Assembly: GCA_964446935.1 (NCBI GenBank)
Contig: CAYUQI010000002.1
Span: 194-64,193, forward strand
Source of the DNA: an uncultured Pseudomonadota bacterium
GTDB lineage: Bacteria; Babelota; Babeliae; Babelales; RVW-14
Length of the DNA: 64,000 bases
Direction: 5' to 3'
The notes under the pieces were generated by a model. The model did no database searches. It was not told the DNA's origin and worked only from the letters and a program-made list of their open reading frames with translations. The position numbers were made by a program, and so were the translations under genes. Shown piece after piece: positions 56,664-64,000 of this stretch. Within the stretch, counting starts at the first letter, position 1. The number at the start of each line of letters is the position of its first letter.

Positions 56664-57281
56664 TTACAATAGTTTGCTTGCACTTGATAATGGACCAAAT
56701 ATTTTCTCAAAATCAGATTTCTGAGTTTTTAAGAATCGAGCTTCTTGGATAAAATCTTTGTGCTTTTTAAGGCATGCTTCAAGTTCGGTTAGATCATTAC
56801 AAAGATTATTGATCTTGGTTACAATTTCATGTGCGGCAGTATTGTTTTTCCTTTTTCTGCATAATCGTTTACATGTATGATTGAGTTCTTTTTTGTATGT
56901 TTTCATGCCTTCAACATATTTATGTAAAGGGACGGTATCGTTACGTTTTTCAAAGTCCTTTTCGTTAATGTATGTAACCAATTGTTCGCGAAGTGCGACA
57001 ACGTTATCAGTGGATGCCCGTAACGCTTTGAGTTCGTAATCGTATTCACATTCAATATCAGAGCATAGTTTTTCAGATTGTTGAATGAGGGGATCTATTT
57101 TTATAACTGCAGGTGTTACTATTTCTTTGTTTAAGGAAAGTGCTACTTCAGTCTTGGAAGGTGTTTGGGTTGTTTTCGTTGGGTTTGCGACAAGAATGAG
57201 CGCAAAAATAGAGAGTACAATGCAAAGCATGACAAGACGCATGATAAATAGTTCTGTTTTTTTTGAACCAAATAAATTCAT
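56664..57281 (-). CDS. hypothetical membrane-anchored/exported coiled-coil protein
   Basis: ORF with hydrophobic RLVMLCIVLSIFALILVA. No motif recognised. Start uncertain (57281 or 57332). Confidence 0.4.
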   Translation of the reverse strand: MNLFGSKKTELFIMRLVMLCIVLSIFALILVANPTKTTQTPSKTEVALSLNKEIVTPAVIKIDPLIQQSEKLCSDIECEYDYELKALRASTDNVVALREQLVTYINEKDFEKRNDTVPLHKYVEGMKTYKKELNHTCKRLCRKRKNNTAAHEIVTKINNLCNDLTELEACLKKHKDFIQEARFLKTQKSDFEKIFGPLSSASKLL

Positions 57282-57516
57282 GATAACCTCCATCAGAATT
57301 TGTATGATAAAACTGAAAAAATATAAGTTCATTAGAGTATAAACGATGCAGCTGAAAGGCTCAAAAGCCTCGTTTCAGTCTGAAAAGATGTGTAAAAATG
57401 TGCCTTTTGGACGAAAAAATGAGTGTAAAAGATGAATATCTATTAAATTATTTTTCTATTTATCAATTTTTGCTAGGCTGGTACATGTAAAAATAAAAAT
57501 TATAATTCGTGTCTAA

Positions 57517-58980
57517 ATGGAGATTATTGCTATGAAATCGATAAAAATGATTCAGTTTCTGCTGTTGGCTGCATTATCATTTGGTTGTTTCGTCAATTCT
57601 TTTGCCATGGATGGCAGAGATAATCCACAACAACCGTTGTTAGTTCCAACATTCAGGTTATCTGCTACAGAGCCTTCTTCTTCTACCAGCTTGACGTTAT
57701 CTGCCTTATCTTCTCATGATTCATCATCTGTTGTTCCTGTTTCAGCTTCTATAACTTCCGAGGCTCCTGCTATTATACCGTTTGCTATTCTTGAAGAAGA
57801 GGCTGAAGAAGTAGAGACTGATGTTTGTGAGAGTTCATCATCATCATCATCAAATAGTCCGCCCAAAAAATCACAGGGAGTCAAAAGGAATAGACGGATA
57901 CATTTTTCCGATTGGACAGTAGATAATTATCAAGAAGCCCCTATTTTCAAGATGTCTTCAGATCTTTTTGTGCATACGCTTTGTACGTATTCTTCTTTAT
58001 CTGATGCGGCATGCTTAGCTCGTGTTTGCAAAGTGTTTAATAAGAATGTTCTTACTAGATGTACGTTTGAACCTATTATCATACGAGAGCTTCTTGAGAA
58101 AGAGCCTTCCTCTCTCATGCATAAATTTGTTAAGGCTCTTGCAACCTACAATGTAAGAAAAGATCAAGAAAGTTTTAATCACGTATTTATTCGATTATTT
58201 CTTCAAAAAGCTATTTTTGAAAACGATCCTCGATTTGGTAAGTTCAGAAGGTATATTTTCCAAAAATTGATGGAACACAGACTATTAATTTTGTTGGGAA
58301 ATTACGCAGATATGTTTATTTTTGACGAATCTTTTCGGGGGGCATTGCACCAATCAGCCCCGTTAGCATTACAAACGAAAATGCGTGTTAATTGTTTGGC
58401 GCCTCAGACAATGGCTTATTCAAATATTCTTAATTTAGCTTTACAAACCAAAGATAAAAAGATGTTTGATGATTGGATACAATATGCGCATAGAATTATA
58501 GATATGCATCGTAAGTCCAAAATATCAAGTTCCCAATGGAATGCCTATTTAGGGCTGTTTAAAACAACATTATTATGTCAAGATAAAAAATGGCGCAACA
58601 CCCCTCTACATTGGGCTTGTTGTGCAAAGAATGTTTATGCAATTAAAGCTCTTTTAGAGATCTGCAGCAGCCTTAATCTCGTACATGATGTTGTTGTGAT
58701 GATAAATGCTCGTGGAGATACCCCTCTGCATTGTGCTATTAGTCAGATGGATTATGAAGTTGTTTGTATGCTCTTAAAAAAATGGATAACGACATTCGGT
58801 GCCAATGCAAATATCAACATTTTTATGATAAGAAATAATAATAACCGAACTATCCGAGAATTAGCATTTTCTCTTGCTCGTCATGCAAAGGATAATTCGA
58901 TCCGTCATACTTATAAAGAAATAGTTGAGGCTGTTAGCGAGGCACAACAAAATCCAAATGTTTTTTTGGTGTATTATTAA
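57517..58980 (+). CDS. exported F-box-like + ankyrin-repeat protein
   Basis: Signal-like MKSIKMIQFLLLAALSFGCFVNSFA. F-box-like SSDLFVHTLCTYSSLSDAACLARVCKVFNKNV. ANK motifs NTPLHWACCAKNVYAIKALLE and GDTPLHCAISQMDYEVVCMLLK. Confidence 0.6.
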   Translation: MEIIAMKSIKMIQFLLLAALSFGCFVNSFAMDGRDNPQQPLLVPTFRLSATEPSSSTSLTLSALSSHDSSSVVPVSASITSEAPAIIPFAILEEEAEEVETDVCESSSSSSSNSPPKKSQGVKRNRRIHFSDWTVDNYQEAPIFKMSSDLFVHTLCTYSSLSDAACLARVCKVFNKNVLTRCTFEPIIIRELLEKEPSSLMHKFVKALATYNVRKDQESFNHVFIRLFLQKAIFENDPRFGKFRRYIFQKLMEHRLLILLGNYADMFIFDESFRGALHQSAPLALQTKMRVNCLAPQTMAYSNILNLALQTKDKKMFDDWIQYAHRIIDMHRKSKISSSQWNAYLGLFKTTLLCQDKKWRNTPLHWACCAKNVYAIKALLEICSSLNLVHDVVVMINARGDTPLHCAISQMDYEVVCMLLKKWITTFGANANINIFMIRNNNNRTIRELAFSLARHAKDNSIRHTYKEIVEAVSEAQQNPNVFLVYY

Positions 58981-59014
58981 TGTAACAGCCACATTATTCT
59001 TTTATGCGCGTTTA

Positions 59015-60148
59015 CTATATGTAAATGCGAACGTTATCATGAATACGCAGGCGGCTTGATGGTAAAAATAAGGTGTCTAATGATGATGCACTCCATGTCA
59101 AAGAGAAACCATCAAGATAGGTGCCACCAGAAATATATCCTGTTCGAGTTGTTGTAACATCAACGGTTCCATCGATAATAATAGTTCCTGTTGAAAACGT
59201 GAGTGTATTTTGTAAATATTCTTGTGCATAGGGAGGCATAAATTTGGAATCAGGGGTGTTTTTGGTTGACCCTAATGATAACTCACATCCCTTAAGGTGT
59301 AACCGTGAGGTCTTATCATAGAAAAAAATTGTACTATTATTATCAGAGGGGCCATAACTATAAAGGTTCAGAGTGATTCCTTCACCAATGAGAAATGTTG
59401 TATCTGGATTAATGTAGAAATTGGCATATTCACAGATCACAGTACTTCCAGGGTTCCCGATAATTTTTGTATTTCCTTCTATGAATGCCCATACTTCGTT
59501 GAATTTTAGCGAATCCTTTACATAAAACGTCACATCACGAAATGTTGGGAGACTTGAGACAACAGCAAAGTTGTTTTTGGCAATATTATGAATATTAAGG
59601 TTATTGAAATGATTTGATGAATACACAAGTCCTACAAGAGTGCCAGGGTTAATAAATAAGTGGTTGCCATTACCATTGATAGTTCCATATGCAGAGAAGG
59701 CTATTATAGCTGCCCCGACACTTGAATTGAGACTTGCTCTAAATGTTAAGTCATGTGATAAATTTATATCATATGGGTCGCTCACATTTGGATATCCATA
59801 GGTAAAGCCTGCATCGTTTTGGGTAGGGCCGGAGGTCCAAACACTGTTTTGTCCAAGTGTAAGGGATCTTTCGATGTTTAATCCATGATTATTTTGAAAA
59901 TTTATTTCCCCATCAACAGCCTCTGTGATGCTTACGTAAACGTTCTCACCATTGACGGTAAACCCATAGGGGAATTTTACGAATCCTTTGGCATATTCAT
60001 TGTCATGAAAAATATTGTGCCAGGAAACGGTGATGGTTTTCCCAAGGTCTGGGCCGGCTGTTGTATCATACGTGTCAGATAAAAGTGTTGAATGCATGCT
60101 TATTACTACAAAGAAAAATGGTAAAATAGTTCGCATACAAATACGCAT
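59015..60148 (-). CDS. hypothetical exported protein (Asn/Gly/Thr-rich, possibly beta-helical)
   Basis: Signal-like N-terminus. Composition and short repeated strands suggest a beta-solenoid. No motif recognised. Confidence 0.45.
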   Translation of the reverse strand: MRICMRTILPFFFVVISMHSTLLSDTYDTTAGPDLGKTITVSWHNIFHDNEYAKGFVKFPYGFTVNGENVYVSITEAVDGEINFQNNHGLNIERSLTLGQNSVWTSGPTQNDAGFTYGYPNVSDPYDINLSHDLTFRASLNSSVGAAIIAFSAYGTINGNGNHLFINPGTLVGLVYSSNHFNNLNIHNIAKNNFAVVSSLPTFRDVTFYVKDSLKFNEVWAFIEGNTKIIGNPGSTVICEYANFYINPDTTFLIGEGITLNLYSYGPSDNNSTIFFYDKTSRLHLKGCELSLGSTKNTPDSKFMPPYAQEYLQNTLTFSTGTIIIDGTVDVTTTRTGYISGGTYLDGFSLTWSASSLDTLFLPSSRLRIHDNVRIYI

Positions 60149-60177
60149 TGAGGGCTCCTTTTTGATGACGAATCTTT

Positions 60178-60690
60178 TTATTGATTAAGCATCTTTTTGA
60201 AATGTGCCAGTTGTTCTTTTAATGACTGTAATTGCTCAAAAACAAGTGAGCAACTACATGGTTCCTTAGTCGCTGGGGTCACAGCAATCCCCGCTGTTTG
60301 GTCTTGACTTACCTCGGCTTCGTTCGTTTTGGTTCCTGCATCAGAAAGTATCTCTGCTACAGGGTCCTCAACAGCCTGCATGGTAGGTGTTTGTATTTGT
60401 TCTTGCGGTAAAACCTCTTGAGCTGGCGCTTCGTGGGAGTGTGTAAGTGACTCAAGCTGTTTTTTTGCTCCCGCTATTGTGAACCCTTTTGCGTAAAGAA
60501 GATCCTTAATAAGAAGGAATTTTTTGAGGTCTTCGGTGGTATAAAAACGCTGACCGCCTTGTGACCGGTCTGATTGAATATCGAATTCCTTTTCCCAAAA
60601 TCGAATAACAAATTTTTTAACTTTAAGTTCGTCTGCCAAATCGCCAATTCTAAACTGTTTTTTGCTCATGGGTACTTTTTGTGATTGCAT
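60178..60690 (-). CDS. MerR-family transcriptional regulator
   Basis: FRIGDLADELKVKKFVIRFWEKEF..GQRFYTTEDL (MerR wHTH). AAGGAG Shine-Dalgarno 6 nt upstream of ATG 60690. Confidence 0.75.
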   Translation of the reverse strand: MQSQKVPMSKKQFRIGDLADELKVKKFVIRFWEKEFDIQSDRSQGGQRFYTTEDLKKFLLIKDLLYAKGFTIAGAKKQLESLTHSHEAPAQEVLPQEQIQTPTMQAVEDPVAEILSDAGTKTNEAEVSQDQTAGIAVTPATKEPCSCSLVFEQLQSLKEQLAHFKKMLNQ

Positions 60691-61264
60691 CTTCCTCTCC
60701 TTTTTTTTCCAATTCAATCAGGATTTGGTTTTGTTGTACCACATTTCCCTCGTTAATGAGAATAGTTTTAATAAATCCGCTTATGGACGAGCAAATTTCA
60801 TTTTCCATTTTCATTGATTCAATAAGAACCAGCAGTTGTCCTTGCGTTACACGTTGTCCCGGCTGGGCTAATACACGTATGATGCGTCCAGATAAGGGGC
60901 TCTTAATGGTGTCTGTAGATGATTGTTGTCTGTTCTGATTAAGTAAGGATTGTTGTGGTATAGGTAGCGTTGATGCAATTACGGATTTGTGCGGGTAGAT
61001 GATGATAGGTTGTTGCATGGTATGCAATTGTACTGAAATTTTTTTTGATGAATCACTTTGTTTGATATCGATAGAGGCTTGGTGGATTTTTCCATCGATT
61101 TCTAGATAAACGGTATTGTTGGTGCGATCAATAGTATGGGCAGTGACCTTGAGTATTGTTGAAAGAAGCGCATTGCTCGTAACGGTAACATGTACTGTTT
61201 GATTATGATATGTCGTTTGATACGAGTACTCTTTGCCATTGATAGTATATTTTTTTATTGCCAT
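60650..61264 (-). CDS. biotin carboxyl carrier (biotinyl-domain) protein with an N-terminal extension
   Basis: C-terminal SPLSGRIIRV..GQLLVLIESMKMENEI..ILIELE (biotinyl-Lys motif MKM). Overlaps accC by 10 nt. Confidence 0.7.
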   Translation of the reverse strand: MAIKKYTINGKEYSYQTTYHNQTVHVTVTSNALLSTILKVTAHTIDRTNNTVYLEIDGKIHQASIDIKQSDSSKKISVQLHTMQQPIIIYPHKSVIASTLPIPQQSLLNQNRQQSSTDTIKSPLSGRIIRVLAQPGQRVTQGQLLVLIESMKMENEICSSISGFIKTILINEGNVVQQNQILIELEKKGEEDAITKSTHEQKTV

Positions 61265-62736
61265 TGTTGGTCCTTCCAACGGCGCACAGTGTTGGCTGGT
61301 TTTTGCGACTGATGTAGCTGTTGGCCTTGCTCGAATAGAAGGGCTGCAAGTCCTGCAATGATTTCTTGGTGGTTCGATGGCGGTTCGTTTTTGGGTTGGG
61401 GGACTACTTCCTTGTTTGCAATTGATTGAATATGGAATGTTCCGTTGGTAAACATTTCTGAAGTAAGTAGTTGGTGTAAAAACTCTTTATTGGTTACGAT
61501 GCCATGAATGACACATTGCTGCAGAAAAGATGCAAGTTGCAGACAACAAGTGCGTCGCGTTGGCGCCCAGCTAATGAATTTGGCAATCATAGGATCAAAC
61601 AAAGCTGTTATCTCAGTGCCTTTCTTTAAATCACTCTCAACCCGAATATTCGGTTGCTGAGGTATCCATACATGGTTAATGATACCTGTTGATGGTAAAA
61701 AATTGTTAGCAGGATCTTCCGCATACAGTCGACATTCAATGGCGTGACCATGTGATATGACATCCGTTTGTTTGAGGGGGAGTTGTTTGTGTACCGCTAT
61801 ATGAAGCTGCACGGCAACCAAATCGATTCCTGTTATCATTTCAGTGACGGTATGTTCAACCTGCAGACGTGGATTCATCTCAAGAAAGTAAAAATCATTC
61901 GTTGGGGTTACCAAGAATTCAACAGTTCCAATGCTATTATATGCAGTTATTTGTACAACACGCAGTGCTGTTTGGTAGATAGTGTTGAGTATGGCTGGTG
62001 GTACAAAAAGACATTGCGATTCTTCGATAATTTTTTGATGACGACGTTGTAAAGAACAATCTCGCTCGAATAGGTGAATAGCATTTTGCCCATCTCCTGC
62101 AACTTGAATTTCAATATGTCGTGCGTCTTGAATGTATTTTTCAACCAGAATTGTGGTATTGCCAGTGAGCCTGCTTGATTCACTCAGAACGGTTGTAATT
62201 GCTTGCAAGAAATCTTGCTCAGAATGTACCTTGCGCACTGCCTTACCGCCGCCACTCGTTGGGTCTTTAATGATTAATGGAAAGCCGAGCGCTGTTGCCT
62301 GATGCCTGGCAGTATCAAGGTGCTCTGTATTATTGATGACAAACCCGGGAACAACCGGAATGCCTGACTGTTGTAAGGTCGTGCGCGCGGTTATTTTATT
62401 GGCCATTAAAGACAGAATATTGGGTTGGGGGCCTATCCATAGGAGTCCTGCGTTTATCACTTTTTGCGCAAATGAGGCATTTTCAGATAAGAAACCATAA
62501 CCTGGTAGGATGGCATCAACATTTGCCTTAGTGGCAATTTCAATGATTTCATCTGCATTGAGGTAGGCAGTATATCCTGATCCAGAGAGTGCATATGCTT
62601 CAGTCGCATTGTAGACATACGAAGCGAACTTATCCTCAGGGCTGTAAATAGCAACCGTGGCAATACCCTGAGTATGGCACGTTGCTTGCAAACGCAGTGC
62701 TATTTCAGATCGATTAGCAATAAGAATTTTTTTCAC
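61255..62736 (-). CDS. accC: biotin carboxylase subunit
   Basis: KILIANRSEIALR, ATP-grasp segments (PLIIKDPTSGGGKAVRKV, EMNPRLQVEHTVTE), and a BC C-terminal domain. Confidence 0.85.
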   Translation of the reverse strand: MKKILIANRSEIALRLQATCHTQGIATVAIYSPEDKFASYVYNATEAYALSGSGYTAYLNADEIIEIATKANVDAILPGYGFLSENASFAQKVINAGLLWIGPQPNILSLMANKITARTTLQQSGIPVVPGFVINNTEHLDTARHQATALGFPLIIKDPTSGGGKAVRKVHSEQDFLQAITTVLSESSRLTGNTTILVEKYIQDARHIEIQVAGDGQNAIHLFERDCSLQRRHQKIIEESQCLFVPPAILNTIYQTALRVVQITAYNSIGTVEFLVTPTNDFYFLEMNPRLQVEHTVTEMITGIDLVAVQLHIAVHKQLPLKQTDVISHGHAIECRLYAEDPANNFLPSTGIINHVWIPQQPNIRVESDLKKGTEITALFDPMIAKFISWAPTRRTCCLQLASFLQQCVIHGIVTNKEFLHQLLTSEMFTNGTFHIQSIANKEVVPQPKNEPPSNHQEIIAGLAALLFEQGQQLHQSQKPANTVRRWKDQQWQ

Positions 62737-62758
62737 AGGTCCCGCCCCTTATATGGTA

Positions 62759-63580
62759 TTACGTTGCTTCGATCGTTGGTGATGTTGTTGTTTGATCAGT
62801 GTTATGAGCCGCTAAATCTTGTTGAGGTGTTGTGGCTGCGTTTGTATGTTGTTGTTCTGATGTATTTTGTATTTCTGCAGCAGGTTCTTCGTCTTCATTC
62901 AATTTCTTTTTAATAACGAGATTAATTGCAAATTCGTCCACATACATGAAATAGGTCGTATAACGGCCAAGCAACCGCCACATGCCTACAATGTCTGCTA
63001 ATTCTGTTGCAACTATATGAATTGTTTGAGCGTTAACGCTCTGCGGATTTTTATCATAGCGACTAACGATTGCCAGTGTTCGTAAAAGAATCTCAACTGT
63101 TAATTGGATAATTTGGGTAACCTTAAAACTTTTCAGACGCGTTGGTTGAGCTACATTCTTTTCAGCAACTTTTTCTGCATCGCCAACGCGGATAATATCG
63201 TAGAGTCCTGCTGCTACATAACAGAGTACTTTAGGTACGTCCCATAAGATAATTTTTACCGGGGGGACGTGTTGGGGGATGCCAAGAATACTGACCAACT
63301 TTGTGCTTGTTGCAATTCCGGCTAGGGTTGCTGCTAATTTAATAGTTTTAGGATCGGAGCTATTAATGCTGGCAACATAAGGAATATGCATAAGTGCTTC
63401 TGTTAGCTCTAAAATATCTTTTTTATCCTGCAAAAAGGTAATGCCGTTGTTGGTGCAATCGTAGAGCCATGATAGAATTCCACCTTCTTTATCTTCAGTT
63501 GATACAGAAAGTGGAGTCTGTGCTGCCCCGAGCAATGAAAATGATAATAATGTAATAATGATAAGTTTAATGTATCTCAT
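62759..63580 (-). CDS. hypothetical exported protein
   Basis: Signal-like MRYIKLIIITLLSFSLLGAA. No motif recognised. Confidence 0.45.
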   Translation of the reverse strand: MRYIKLIIITLLSFSLLGAAQTPLSVSTEDKEGGILSWLYDCTNNGITFLQDKKDILELTEALMHIPYVASINSSDPKTIKLAATLAGIATSTKLVSILGIPQHVPPVKIILWDVPKVLCYVAAGLYDIIRVGDAEKVAEKNVAQPTRLKSFKVTQIIQLTVEILLRTLAIVSRYDKNPQSVNAQTIHIVATELADIVGMWRLLGRYTTYFMYVDEFAINLVIKKKLNEDEEPAAEIQNTSEQQHTNAATTPQQDLAAHNTDQTTTSPTIEAT

Positions 63581-64000
63581 TTAATGCGCCCGTATCTACA
63601 ACAATGTTTCGTAATTTATTTACAAAGAAATCAGCCGATTTCGTTCCGTCGTGTAAACATGCAAGTAATTGATCTTGTGGTAATTCGAAGAAAAGGTCAC
63701 ATATTAACTTGTAGAGTTCTTTTTCCTTAAGGTGATTTCGAACATGATAATTGGATGTTAGGATCACTGTTTTTTCAACATCGGTAAGCGCATTCCACAA
63801 TTGTTCAAATTCATGACGTTTGACCACATAATCGTCTTTGCCGTAAAAAAATAAAAGTTTTTCTTGTTTAATACGAGGCGCAAAATCAAGCAGTGAAATG
63901 TTGCTTATATTAAGAAAAACATTGCGAGCAAGATATGCCAATGAATTCTTTACCCATTCTTGGCCAAAAAACCAATGATCTCGCCATCCTCCTGTTTGGG
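63567..64000 (-). CDS. alpha/beta-hydrolase-like protein, C-terminal part; 5' end off-window
   Basis: The frame stays open to nt 64000 (the track start 63941 is an internal TTG). LLFFYGKDDYVV is typical of the region before the catalytic His of alpha/beta hydrolases. Confidence 0.4.
   Translation of the reverse strand, partial: QTGGWRDHWFFGQEWVKNSLAYLARNVFLNISNISLLDFAPRIKQEKLLFFYGKDDYVVKRHEFEQLWNALTDVEKTVILTSNYHVRNHLKEKELYKLICDLFFELPQDQLLACLHDGTKSADFFVNKLRNIVVDTGALNEIH

Noticed and set aside
1-64000. Search for CRISPR arrays, rRNA, tRNA, IS/transposase, integrase, prophage or toxin-antitoxin modules
   Set aside because: By-eye scanning found no regularly spaced direct repeats, no tRNA-like T-arm other than the tmRNA, and no transposase/integrase/phage motifs. 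tRNAscan/Infernal were not run, so small RNAs could have been missed.

Overview
AT-rich, densely coding chromosomal segment of a diderm bacterium. The gene content looks like that of an obligate associate of eukaryotic cells. My inference is a Dependentiae/TM6-like or similar amoeba-associated lineage, which cannot be proven from this window. Housekeeping genes recognisable from motifs: ligD (partial), ndk, an M16 peptidase, priA, a polar amino-acid ABC transporter, an N-domain-less clpB, a SpoU/TrmH methyltransferase, a deoxynucleoside kinase, a NagZ-DUF1343 fusion, an MltA-like transglycosylase, an MscK-like channel, tmRNA, rsmA, ppsA, a class I aldolase, LOG, thpR, mlaEF, secG, tpiA, mreB, and accC + BCCP + merR. 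Interspersed are many eukaryote-like proteins that carry Sec-type signal peptides: several ankyrin proteins, two F-box-type genes (one frameshifted), a Skp1/BTB-like protein, a Josephin-like cysteine protease and an LRR protein. The most notable observations are: (i) a gspC-gspD-gspL-gspM-gspD' cluster with two paralogous secretins and no ATPase or pseudopilins in cis, preceded by MoxR and a degenerate NtrC-like regulator; (ii) two tandem ~200-nt structured-RNA-like units in a gene-free gap (16.8-17.2 kb) that I cannot assign to any family I know; (iii) a 58-aa Lys/Ala-rich histone-H1-like gene missing from the ORF track; (iv) palindromic repeat elements, one carrying a nested GC-rich insertion. 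I recognised no rRNA, tRNA, CRISPR array, transposase or integrase. All functional calls rest on motif recognition by eye, not on database searches.
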